Shown here: positions 1 through 13,225 of the stretch, one piece after another | Numbering within the stretch: position 1 is the first letter of the stretch | Layout: the number at the start of each line of letters is the position of its first letter | Assembly: GCA_964057225.1 (NCBI GenBank) | Contig: OZ059896.1 | Coordinates: 11,160,001-11,224,000 of the forward strand | From: Auanema rhodensis | Lineage: Eukaryota; Animalia; Nematoda | Direction of reading: 5' to 3' | DNA length: 64,000 bases | The notes under the pieces: generated by a model | What the model was told of the DNA's origin: nothing | Databases searched by the model: none | What the model saw: the letters and a program-made list of their open reading frames with translations, nothing else | Position numbers and translations under genes: made by a program

Positions 1-94
1 GCATAATAGTTTAATATTCAACATCAATACATCATAATAACAAAATATTTAAATAAATATTGAAAATTATAAACATAAATTTTAATTATTATAT

Positions 95-286
95 TTAAAA
101 ATATTCAATTTTGTCACCGTTCGTCGAACTAGGAGTTATAATCAATGGATTAAATCTTAAAATTAATTCATATTCTTTACAGTCACATACATCTATAATT
201 GATGCGAAAAATAGTATTAACAACATTCCATATTCAGATATTACATAAGATAATTCGGCTGAAATATTAATAATTATTATAATTAT

Positions 287-318
<32 letters not shown>

Positions 319-1429
319 TAAATAAACTTACAAAATTCATCACAATAAGGATATTCAAGAAATTCTGATGCTGAGTTAATATTTCCGTTGTAACATTGAA
401 TGGCTAGAATAGCCAAAAATATCCGTAAAACTATAAATTCTCCTGATTTCTAAATATTTTATATCATATATAGTTAATTCGTTAATTATAAATCTTACAG
501 CATAAAAGCATGAAAATACCATTTTTAATACTAACGTCACATGTAAAAGTTGAATTGTTGGTATTAATACATATGAATCTAAATAAATGAATCTATTATT
601 TTTTATTTTTATTATAAAGATAATATAATAATAAAAATAATATTTTTACGTATATTATATATATAATATATGTATATTAACTATTAAAATTTTAAAATTT
701 ATTATTATAATTATTAGTAAAAACATACATTTTTCATCTGGTGAAACAAGAAAATTAACTGTTTCAAATTTAACTAAATTATGAAGAAATTCATTAATAA
801 TGAATCCTGTAAAAATATAAGAAGCATATTTGTCTCCAAAAATACATTTTCGACTTGAAATTATAAAAACTTCAAATGCTTTTATACTAATAAATGCTAA
901 AACAAGTAATCGTAATGGAACCTAAAATTTAAAAAAAATTAAAAAAAGTATTCAATTTTAGAATTAAAGACATACTTGAACCATTGCTTTCAATTGACTA
1001 CTACGCCACAAGGATTTGAACCATTCATCATCGGACAATTCTCTTGGCTAATAATCGTTTTCAATACAAAACTATTTCAAATGAAGAAGAAAGAATTACC
1101 CAACAATAGTTATTGAAATTTCCTCCAAATGCATACATGTACTGTCCAATTTTAAAATGTTCAACCCATTCTTCAAGTAATAATTGAACTTTTTCTCCAG
1201 TTGTTTCATCCGGTAACATTACAAAACGAGTGCCATTAGGATAAATCTTAATTATATTTTATATTTTGTTACCAAATAATCAAAAGGAAACCTGATAATT
1301 CTCCACAATATAGAATGTTCGATTCAGAAAATTGTCCTCAATCACATTGACCGATGATGTTATGTTAACAAGAGCACAAACTATACATATAATCGAAAAA
1401 ATTATTTGAATTATGCCAACTGTTCTCAT
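95..1429 (-). CDS. Uncharacterised multi-pass membrane protein (7 exons, about 300 aa)
   Basis: Seven exons join in frame through GT-AG introns: MRTVGIIQIIFSIICIVCALV...ENYQ|IYPNGTRF...NYCW|PRELSDDEWF...MVQ|VPLRLLVLAFISI...DEK|YSYVLIPTIQ...CFYA|KSGEFIVLRIFLAIL...CDEF|SELSYV...IEYF*. Several hydrophobic segments. The start may lie further upstream. Confidence 0.7.
290..318. repeat. (AAT)n microsatellite in the last intron of the minus-strand membrane-protein gene
   Basis: Direct reading; it explains the poly-Y run in ORF 95..358. Confidence 0.9.
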
Positions 1430-3549
1430 CGAATATATAAATACAAGCTCTTCGTCATGCTGAAATTTATTTTGTTTATTAAAGAATTTAATGTTTTTCA
1501 AGTTTTATTTAAATTTTTATTTGAACTTTAAGATGGAAACACACTTTAAATTTAAGTATTATTTCATATATTCAATGAAGCTCATTGAAAGATCTATTAG
1601 TCACATTGCCCTATTTTTTTTTTTTGAAAAGAAATTCAACAAAATGATCGTATTCTTTGAATCAAAGAGGTTAAAACTATTTTATAATGGATAGTATGAT
1701 GGGTTGCGTTCTCATTTTTATTTCTATTTTATCAAATTTCCATATAAACTGAATAAAATAAAGATCATTCTCAAACATTTTCTTATTTTTACATATAAAC
1801 AAAAATTATTTTATATAATATTTTGAAATAACTTCAGACAGACAATACTATTTTAAATATTTTAATAGAAATTTGTACAACAAATCTTTATATTTGTATT
1901 TTTAATAAAGAAAATCTATCTTGAAGTTAATAAATATGAAAATAAAATGTAAAATAAATAAAATTTTAATACAAAATAAGTAAAACATACCTTTTTAAAA
2001 AATACATCAGAAGACATAATTTTTAAAAAAATGTAAAATTTTTAAGAATAAAAATAATGTTGAAGTAAGTAACTACGATTGAAACGTAAGTGGAAATGAC
2101 CAGGATAGGTCAACGTAATCTTATTTCGTTGTGTAAGAAGGGTGAGCTAGGTTGAATGAACATAGCATGACAAGGAGGAAAGAGGGAGGAGGGAATGATG
2201 CTAAGAGGACTTAGAGGGGACATATCATAAGAAGTCAATGGACATGGCCTAGTTATATGTTTATGAACTTGAATAGTTTTTATAAGAATTTCTATCACTT
2301 CTCAATAGCTCAGTTAAGTGATTCATAAAAGAGAAATTATATTTATATTTATATAATTATGTTTATATAATGATTTAGATAATATGTATTTAGATTTAGA
2401 TTCACATAATATATACTGTATATGGATATATGGATACATTATTTTATTTTATTTTATTAAAAAGAAATTATATTATTAAATATATTTAATATGTATTATA
2501 TGTATTATATGTTATATATTTTAAATATTTAATTTATTTCCCTTTTTTTATATATTTTCAAATTATTTTAAACAAAAAGATGTTCTGATATAAGCAAAGA
2601 TTATGTAGTCTAAAGTGGCTGAGTACTTTCACACAATTAACGTAAAAGGGAACGGTGAATGTTACGAACATTCTTTTGTTAATTTTCAAATAATCTAGAA
2701 ACATAGATAGATATATAGATAGTTTATACATTCTAAATATATATTTATAGTTTTTACTTTCATAAAACCTTTCGATTTGTGACAAAGAAAAAAGCTGTAA
2801 GAACACTATGTTCTTTCTACATTGGAACAGTTTATGATTAGATCTATTGAATGTTCCGTCAAACTACATGTTTGAACAATGGGTTTACAAGATCATATTA
2901 CAACTTATCAGAATTCTCTTGCTGTTAAAGGAAATTGCCTAAGGCAACATCATTTTCAATTTCATGAAGACGACGATGAAGGCTGAACCAAAACAATGAA
3001 ATCATAAAGAGAGAATTTAAAAAAAATATATATAGAGATCATTAACACGAAAAGGTCACTTGGCACTACATTATGGTGGCATATCTTATACTATGAGGTA
3101 TTCTTTCAACAACAAATTCTCTTCATAATCTTCTCTCCCTCTTTCGATCTCCCGGCCTCTATCTTTCTCTCTCATTCTTTCTTTCCACTTCTATATTTCT
3201 CATTCTTTTTTCTCGCTCTCTCTTATTTTCACTGATTTATTTTGCGAATTCTTTCTTTCTCTCTTTTCTTTTATTCTTTTCCTCTCCATTTTCCAATCTA
3301 TTCTCTCTTCATCTCTCTGTTTCTCTTCCTTTCACTTTTTAACGTTTCCATTCTCTCTTCAATATTTTAGTTTTCTGTATCGTTGTCGTCATTATCCCAG
3401 CGTTCTTTGCATCACCTCTGTAGTCGTCTTACCATCATCGTCTCTCCCCACCCTACTACAACGTCAAAACTCTCCGCCCACTCGTTTCCGAATTTCGAAT
3501 CTTTTTCTTACGTACGCCTTCTGAGGTGGACATTCCCGATTCAGAAGAG

Positions 3550-6500
3550 ATGACTGCTATACCTCCTCCGTTTTTTGTTCGAATTTTGAATAAATATTTC
3601 CGGGCGCTTGGTTACTTTGTTGCTGATCATGACCATCTAGTATTATGGGTATGTTTCTTAATTTTCTCATTAGATTGTAATTGCTTCTTCCTCGTAGCTT
3701 TTGTTTAATTCCCCTTGATATCCAACTTTCTGTTAATTATTTCTCGAAAAGGAAGTATTACTTCTATCTAAATAATTTCAAATAAACTTTCTTTGATATT
3801 TTCTAAACTTGCGTTATTTTCTCGAAAACAGTTTTCCCGCATCCTCTTTTTGACTATAGCCCCCCATGGTTTCAAGCGTGATTAATGGCCAAAGTTGCAA
3901 TGACACTGCTGATGAAGTCACAAGTTTTGTAAATCATTGTACCCCATTCCTTATGTCCTTATACCCTTGAATTATATTCATGGCATCATCATCATGTCTA
4001 TTGTAAACTTTGAAGCTTTTTCTAAATTCCTTTCAATTTCTATCCCTATCTCTCCTAATATGACTGTCACCTTATACAACCAGCTTTTATCTTTTCTTTC
4101 CAAAGCACAGAGACCATGGAGAGAGGTTGAATGATTGTCTATCACATCTACCTATGCATTCAATATACATCATCTTCATCTTTCAACTGCATCATTCAAT
4201 GATATTCGATCTATGTATGTGACGTTATATCAAAGACTTGTAAGCTGTAATGATATGATAAGATGAACATGAATGACTAGACATGCCCTTAAAGAACTTC
4301 AAAAGAAGTAGCATAGTATGTAGCCCGATGAGAAATTGAAATTGAAATACGGATTACTATCCAAGTTTTTTTTTTTTGCAACATAATCGTTATGATTCTT
4401 GAACAACATTCGGGTATATCCGATTTTCTCGTCTTCGTTTTCATTATCATTCTTTAGTTAATCAAAAATCATAAAAAATGAATAAGCAAGATATCATTAT
4501 CATAATTTTCATCAAATCAAATCTCTTTGATAAACAATATTGTTGAGAATGAAGTTGGATTTCTGTTTTTTTTGTTTCTTTTTAAGGAAGCATAGTAATA
4601 CATTTGATTACATATCAAGAACATTTGAAATAATTTGACGAATCAAAATTATATTGAACGGTATCAGTAAATATGTTTCTATTGTATTAGCTATTTCAGT
4701 ATATCAGTTTCTTTTTTTTTCTTTTATTCTTATACTAGTAACGATTATCATTCAATTATTCTCTTCCGTCTTCTTCTCTTTAAACCTTATTCTTTTGTTT
4801 CTTTCTCTCTCAGTTTTAGTGATACTCTCACTCTTTCTCTCTCTCTTTCTCGTTCTCTTCATCTTTCTATCTTAATGTTTATATCTTACTGCGTCTTTTC
4901 TTCCTTTTTTTTTCATTTTTCTCTCTCTTATAACGTTAAAATGTGCTAACTAGAAGGTGTGACCTGATATTTCATGAGAAAGAGCTAGAAATCCCATTTG
5001 TTTTAGCGTTATCATGACTGATCTACGACTTTATTTAGTGTTATCATTGTTAAAATTATTATCAAAATCATCAACGATGAATGCATCATATATTTGAACA
5101 CTCAAATGCATCAGCTCCGTACATCTGCACTCGCATACTTCTTGAAAAACATTGAAAACATTTATCCGGGATGTAGTTGTTGTTATACTTGAAATCAAAT
5201 CACTTTATCAAGTCAATTAGATTGATTGTCTTAATCCAATTGTGTCTGGAAACTTGAATAACCTTAAGAATCCATGCAATAAATGTAGAAAGTATATCGA
5301 CTTTACTGCTCTTGTTAATGCCCAGGCAGTCAATTTTCCGGAATAGAGATTGTTATGCTGATTTAAATGATCCTAAACATTCATTTTGTCCATAACACTA
5401 TCCAAATATATCGATATTTCGGATAACTAACGAAGTTTTTCGTTCTTTTGCAATCAAGTTCAAGGTTATTTCGTAGGCGTAAAAAATCTTAAAGGCTTTT
5501 TGCTTTCCCTCATAGTATGGCTGTATAAGATATTTTAAAACTATCCAGTCCTATCTTTCTAAACTGATCACAGACAACGAATTTAGCATGAATATGCGAG
5601 AAAAGAATCAAGATGAAGTAAAATTGCAAAAAATTACGAGAAGTAGATTCTTATTGCGAATTTGAAGGTTAGTTAATGAGTTTACAAATATTATTTAACT
5701 TGAAAAAACTATTAGTGAAATATGACATTTCTCTATCCGGCATTTGTATGTGTGTTCAGAATAAGCTCACGTACCACATGAACCGGAACCAAAAGTACTA
5801 TGCCTATCCTTCAAATGATGACACATGAATCATTTCTTTAACCTATCCACAAGCTCTGCCTATAACCTTGCACTGTATTCGAAATGTTCTTTCTTCATCA
5901 CTCTCTAATGAATGAAAACTATTTTTTCTTATCATTTCATGCCATTTGCTTCTAACCTTTCTCTCAATATCTCTTCATACCTCTCTAGTTATTCCTTGTT
6001 CTGGTTCTATCAATCTAGTTCTTTGTCTTTAATGCACTTGCGGCTATAATGTCTGAGAGTTATGTATATGGGAACGGTGTGAAATACCATTTTTTTCAAA
6101 TGCTTTGTGAATAAGCGGGAATTGTTCCAACCTATTTGATGTTCAATAAAAAGAAGAAACATACAACTGAAACTTTGTTCAATCATATAGATCTGTCAGC
6201 TGTTAGAAGTTGGTACAACTATAGAGCGTTACGTATCCGGAACATAATGTTCAGTTCTTCAAAGAAAAAATGGCGTGTACTTCACAGTTTTATATAAAAA
6301 AACGAAGACTTGTTTCAGCAAGGAAGTGAATATTTAATAAAAATATAATATCTTATATTAAAATATAAAAACTATACTTCTAATTTATGAAACAATATAA
6401 TATTTTATAGTAATTTTTTAAAATTTTTAAAAATTTTTCTAATAGTTTTCTTCATTCTTCATAGCAAATCATTCTTTTCTTCTTTAAATACAGTAGAAAT

Positions 6501-9500
6501 ACTCAAACTTCTCACAATACTGAAACACACTAATGATAAACGAAAACTTTCAAACAGAAAAAAAACAAAGGATTTACTATGTAGTAGTTTTTACTTGGCT
6601 TTTAAGTATTTTTTTCTCTTGTTGATCATTTGTATTGCAGGTCAGCCTCGCTTTCACCATTTTATGTTCTGTCAAAATAGCCTTCACAAAGCAAGAGGAC
6701 GACATCAAAACTGGTTTGTCTCGAGACACTATATTGCGGCTTTATGTAGCAAAACCCATTTTGTTTCTTTCTTTTTCCTTTTTTTTTCAAAATCTTTCTC
6801 TAATTCCTCGGTAGCTTCTGTTCGAATAGATGCTCCCTCAATACAAAGAATCAAATCATAGAAATTCCGCTTTATGTATTTGGATGGCAACGTCCAATTT
6901 CCAATTGAATAGGTGTTGCCATCAGTATGTTTTGGATAATTTCGATCATTTCTCCGTTGGTATAATCCTTGGAATGAACTTATTTCATATTTATTTAAAT
7001 ATGAAAAAAAATTATAAACTAGAGAAGAGAATTAAATTGAAGAAAAGGAAAAAGAAAGAAAAATGAAAAAAAGGTTTATAGATGATATGTTAATATAAAA
7101 TATTATTTATATATATATAGTTAATGAAAGTAAATATTTATATAACTAAAATATAATAAATTAGTAAAATCTTTGAAAAATTAAGTAAATTTACTGTTTT
7201 AAAATATTTATTTTCAATTAAATATATATACAACTGTATATATAATTAAGAAAATATGAAAAATATTCCAAAAATGTCTTAATATATCATCTAATGCCGT
7301 TTAAATGATTTTAATTAAGTTATAATTATATCATCTTTTTAATTTATTTTATAATACAATTATATATTATACAAATATATAATTGATTAAAAAAAAGAAT
7401 TTGAATAATAAATATTTAGGATATACTCCATTTGGTGCTCGATCAAGAGATGAAATTGCTGCATACAACAATTATTTTGCTGCTACCGGAGATCCTATTG
7501 CTGTTTTCCTTTTCTTAACAGCAAAAGATGGCGGGTCTATGTCAAGAATGAACGAATTAAATGAATCGATTAGAATACTGGATTATATTTCAAATAATAT
7601 AACACATGATGGTTATACATTTGAGGATTTATGTAGTGATTTTTGTCAATTAAATGAACCTGTTAGACAATATTATGTAAGTTTTATCATTAAAATTTCT
7701 TTTTTTTTTTAAAGTATAATGTAATTTAGAATGGATTGGCTATGCATCAATTATCAAATGATAGCTCTGAAGAACGTATTACTTTAACTTTTCCAATGAT
7801 GCAAGTTCTTGGAAAAGAGCTCGATTTGAGTCCCAGCTTCTTCGGTGTACAGACTAATGAAATATCTGAAGCTATCACCAACTTGAAACTTATTATGATG
7901 CAATTTCGCGCAAATCCAGCAAAGCATTGGACTAGAGAAGATGTTGCCAAATATGAAAGAAATATTTCAACTTACTTTCACAAGTAACTTTATTCGTCTA
8001 TTTTCAATTAATATTCTTAAACTTTAGACAATATAAATCTGATTATCTGAATATATATGCGATGTCTCTGACGTATACAGCTGATGAAATTGTTCGCACA
8101 GGTCTTGATCAATCCAAATATCTTTTTATAGTTAATTTTATAATTTAGGCTTAACCATTTTCCCCTATTTAGCTGTTGGATTCTCTATTATGAGCTTATT
8201 TTCTATCATAACTGTTTATTACAGTAGTTCTAAAATGGGACAGGTACTGTATTATAAGTTTATCTTAAAAAATATTTTATATAACATATTTGAAAAAAAG
8301 GTTAAAGCATTTTTAACAAAACTTTTGAAAAATCTTTTTCAATGTAAAGTTGAAGCAGACCTTGAAAAGGGACTTCCAACAAAAGTTTGAAGAAGAGCAT
8401 CCGTCATCACTTTCTATAGATTAAACCGGATTTGAAAGACATTATCTGTGGGAAACGATTCCTCATCTAAGTGGTTAACACTTTCAAAACGAACTATACA
8501 ATCTAGTAGAATTAAATGCTTTTAATTCATCCAAAATTTTGAATAAAAAACTTTTGTAAACTTTCATCTACCGGGTTCGTTTCACATTGTTTGTTAACTT
8601 GAAAAAACGCTTTCAAACAATTTGAAGAAAAAACTTGCAGCATGTTTGTTCGCAAATGATTACATTAATTTAATACGGAAATGTTTTTTTTTTCTCGGAA
8701 CTTTGATGTTATCTATCTGTAAATTTTATAAAAATCATTCAAAATATGATATAAATTACTTGAAATATTAATTATAGTGGTCTTACCATAAGATAACACA
8801 AGCTGTTCTGGGATGCGTATGCCCATTAATGGCAACTTCATCAGCACTTGGAATGCTTTTCTGGTTTGGATTCCGTTTCGGAACAATTCTCTGTGTTACA
8901 CCATTTTTGATCTTAGCTATTGGTACGTAATTAATAATATTTTAATAAATAATATATTAATATTAAGGTGTTGATGATTCTTATTTAACAATTCATTCCT
9001 GGATGAGAATTACAAATGAAGATCCTACATTAACAAAAAGGGAAAGGTAATTACATATATTTATCATTTTTATAATTTTAATTAATAAAATAAATTTACA
9101 GAGTATCACGAATGCTTGTAGATGTTGGACCATCAATTTCCATTACATCTTTAACTAACTTCTTAGCATTCATTATCGGAATATATACCCCAACACCTGA
9201 AATTCAATTATTCTGCATTGGAAATGCTGTCGCCATCATTTTTGATTTTGTTTATCAGGTAATATATATTTGATTTTTAATTATATATTAAAGATTTATA
9301 TTTAAGATAACTATGTACAGTGCACTTGTATCTATAACAGGTGATATGGAAATGAGAAAAGAAAGTACAAGACAACAAACTGTTCAATGGAATAGCATTA
9401 ACTTTGATAAGGTATTTTTAAAAAATAAAATTAAAACTTCTTTTAAACTTAATCATAAATTTCAGTATATTCATCTTCTTGATGATTATTCTGAATGGAT

Positions 9501-11457
9501 TGCCAGCAAATTCACAGCAATTTTAATGTTTTTGGTATTATGTGTATATTGGTATACAACTTTGTGTGGAGCATTAAGTATCAATATTGTACTTTCTCCC
9601 GATAAATTGGTTCTCAGTGACTCGCCACTCTTGCAGGTATTTAAAAGCTTTTTCTGTTTAATATGTGTATTTATATTTGAAATATTTTAGATTAATCATT
9701 TGCGTGATAACTATGTTCTTCAAAATTATACAACTGTTAATATTTTTGTTCAAAATGTAAGTTTTTTCTTTAATATTATCATACAATGTTTTATATTATT
9801 TTGTTTTTTTTTAAGCCTGGAGATTTATCTAACTCTGATCGTTTATCTCAAGCTAATTCCTTAATTGAACGTTTTGAATCTTATCCAGAATGTCTAGGAT
9901 CCAAATTCAGTCATTATTTCGTGAGGTAAGAATACCTTTCGAATTACTGTAATAAAACATAATAATTTAAGAGATTATAATTCATTTATTGAAAATGGAG
10001 AAGAGATGAGAGAAGCTATTGGAGAGAGCAATGAATTAGAATCTGGAACTAAGAATGCTTTCACTAAGGAAGCCATGAATGATTTCTTTTCTTGGCCTGA
10101 ATTTAGATATTGGAATGGATTTGTTCGATTTAATCAAACAACGGGAATGTAAGCTTAAAAAATAGAAATCTATATCATATAAGTTATGTGATTCATATAG
10201 GATTGAAAGATTCTGGGCTACTGTATCTTACCATGGAAGTCAATTAGGAGATTTCGCTATGAGAAAAGAAATGTTAAAAAGGTTTTGTTATTATCATATA
10301 TCTTTGTTTTGTTTTTTAAATCAGTATATTTGAGATGGAGAGAAACAGCCGACTCTTTCCCTGATTTGAATGTTGCTGTTTTTGATGATTACGCACCATT
10401 TATTGACCAGGTTCGATATATAAAATGAAATAAAATAATTAAAATAATAATATTATAGTTAGAAACAATTCTACCTGTAACTATCTCAACATCAGCCTGT
10501 ACACTGTTCTGTATGATGATTGTGTGTTTCTTGTTCATGTACAACATCTATACAGTTATTGTAGCTACTCTTTCTATTTGTTCAATTTGTATTGGTAAGA
10601 TATATCTATATTACTTAACTATATTCAATTATTCAGGTGTTTTTGGTTTTCTTTCTATGTGGGGAATTGACTTAGATCCCATTTCAATGGCCACAACAAT
10701 CATGTCAATTGGATTCTCTGTTGATTTCCCAGCTCACATAACGTTCCACTATTTCCGAGAGGGATTAGAAGAACCAGATTCACCTCCATCAAAAAGAGTA
10801 GCAAGGTTTTTTATTTCAGTGAATCGTTTAAACATTCAATATATAAGAAAATCTATTATTTATTGGAGAATACTCATAAACTAGTTTAGTTAGAGTAGTT
10901 ATTATAGATTTTCTAAAAAAAAATATTCAAATACAGTTAAAATTAAATATTTGAATGGAAAAGCTTTCCTTTTTCCTAATAATATTATATTTAGGGCTAT
11001 GGCTGCTATTGGTTTCCCTATCTTACAGTGTGGTATCTCAACCATTCTCTTCGTTTGTTGTCTTCTTTTTGTCAAAACATACATGAGTGAGGTATGGTTT
11101 CTTAGAATTGTATTCAAATTTGAAAATACTGTTTAAGGTATTCGTGAAAACAATGGTTCTTGTAGTTCTACTTGGATTGATTCATGGATTAATCATAGTC
11201 CCTGTATTCTTATGTGCTCTTACAAATGTTTATACAGCTTTGTTTAAAAGTAAAGTTGGTGATACTTCTTCAAAGGTAATTCAAATTATTCATATTATTA
11301 TGAAAATAATTAAAATTCTTTTAGTTTTCTATCACAAAAATATTAACATGGAAAATATCACCATCATCCAGTGTTGGAAAAATCAGCTCAACTCAATCTT
11401 CCCACTCATGATCTCACCATACTCTTTCTTCCGCGTAGCATAACCGTTGTGAAGTAG
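3550..11457 (+). CDS. Patched-related (PTR/PTCHD, sterol-sensing domain, RND-type) protein, multi-exon
   Basis: Exon 1 [27 protein letters not shown]; [12 protein letters not shown]; SSD motif [11 protein letters not shown]; [17 protein letters not shown]; [27 protein letters not shown]; [25 protein letters not shown]; TAG at 11455-11457. First intron about 3 kb. Specific ptr paralogue not assigned. Confidence 0.93.
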
Positions 11458-13225
11458 AATTGACTAATGGAACATCATTTGTTTGTGTTTTTAACCTGAA
11501 AAGCTCTTCTTTCAATATGAATTAGATGCATATTTTTAATTTTTGCTCATTCTTTTATTAAATATCTCATGGCTTTATCATGTGGTGTTGTAACTATATG
11601 TTATTTCAAAATTGAAACCTATTTAACATCTGAAGGCTAATCTAGTCTACTATAATTAGATTATTGTAATGTTTTTTTGTTCTTTTTTTTTGTAAATTTA
11701 TCCTTACCCTCCCTTCTCCTACTTCACTTTTCAACTGTAAGCACAACTTCTGATATTGTTGTATGTATTGAATTGAATGTTGGTATGTCTTCTATTTCGA
11801 TGCTCACTTAGAAAAAGAAGTTTGAGAATAATAAAGATATTTTAATATTTCACCTTATCTCATTATCACAAGAAATAAATTTCAAAAAATGTGATAACTA
11901 TGGAAGATGCAATATAATTTCAAATGAATAATCATTTATATGAATAAAGATGTATATATATACAGTTAATACAAATCTAAAATGTTTATATTATTATAAA
12001 AAAATAATATAATATAGTAAATGTACCCATAGCATTGTAAACAGTAGCAAATTTTATAGGATATAACGACCTCATATATGCACAATAGTTCATCAAATAC
12101 TGTTCCAATCAGTTCAGCTTCCGTTATTTGATAAGAACATATTTGATAATATATTCTATATATTGATAAGAATTTATAAATTTTATTCTATTGAGATTCA
12201 GACTAATTGTTATTCATCATAATCGTTTTATCAAATTCATTTTTTAAAATTAAGCTCTTTAAATTTTATTGTTGCATTAATATTTATGAATATTTTATTA
12301 TCAATTGTATCAATTTAAAATATTTTATTTTCAATAACTTCCCTCATTTTCTTTTCTTTTATTTGTTTTCTGAGTTTTTTTTTGGTTGAAAATTAGACTG
12401 ACTTCCTAATCTCATAACTATCTTACTTCATTATCAGATCACATGCTTAATTATCATTCCGAAGCACAATTAAGTACAACTATACTCATAATTAAAAATA
12501 AATGCTACCAATTTTTAGTTACAGAAAAATCTTTAAGCATTTCAATCACTAACTCATGTAAAAGATCAATTTTTTTCAGACAATGTCATAGAATACCTTG
12601 TCCAGGAAAAAATGATGTTCGTCTTTGTGTTTTATCACTATGCTACTCAATTCAAATAATCTCGATTCTAATTTGATATTTATTACTGGAAAAGAGTTTG
12701 AAGGACAGGCAAATATACTTTTCATGATATACACGTTTTTTTAGTTTTAATATATATTTATATATTTAAATATATATTCTATTTTAATTATTTTAACACA
12801 AAAACATTTAATCTCAGATATCTTACCTATTCTATTAAGTGCGGTAGACTTTTTATCAATCAGAGATAAAAAATACTGATGACGCAAATATTAAGAAAAA
12901 TATAATTTATGTTCTGATTATATTTGAAAATATCTGTCTGAACTTTTCCTTTTTACGTAAGCAAATATATATATATATATATATAGGATACTAAAGACTT
13001 ATTTTGAAACTTGTCTGCCGTATGTCGTATGTCTCTTCATTCAGATAGAGATGATACTTTATCAATATTTCCTCAATAATATACTATTCTTACTATCATT
13101 TTAGTAATTTGAATTCAATTATCTATATGTAATCGTGTTCATAATCTTTTTTTTTTTTTTTACAGAATAAAATAGAACATATACGGAAAAGGAAAGCTGG
13201 TTAATATAAGAACGCTGCTCATTCA

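Noticed and set aside
2935-2947. Palindrome TTGCCT-A-AGGCAA containing one GCCTAA telomere unit
   Set aside because: A single short occurrence; not enough to argue for a telomere-addition or DNA-elimination site.
4654-4875. Hydrophobic ORF in ptr intron 1
   Set aside because: Translation of a CT-rich low-complexity tract, non-ATG start, no splice support.
7747-7950. Antisense ORFs over real exons (also 24967..25206, 44761..45051 and others)
   Set aside because: Shadow ORFs on the opposite strand of well-supported coding exons.
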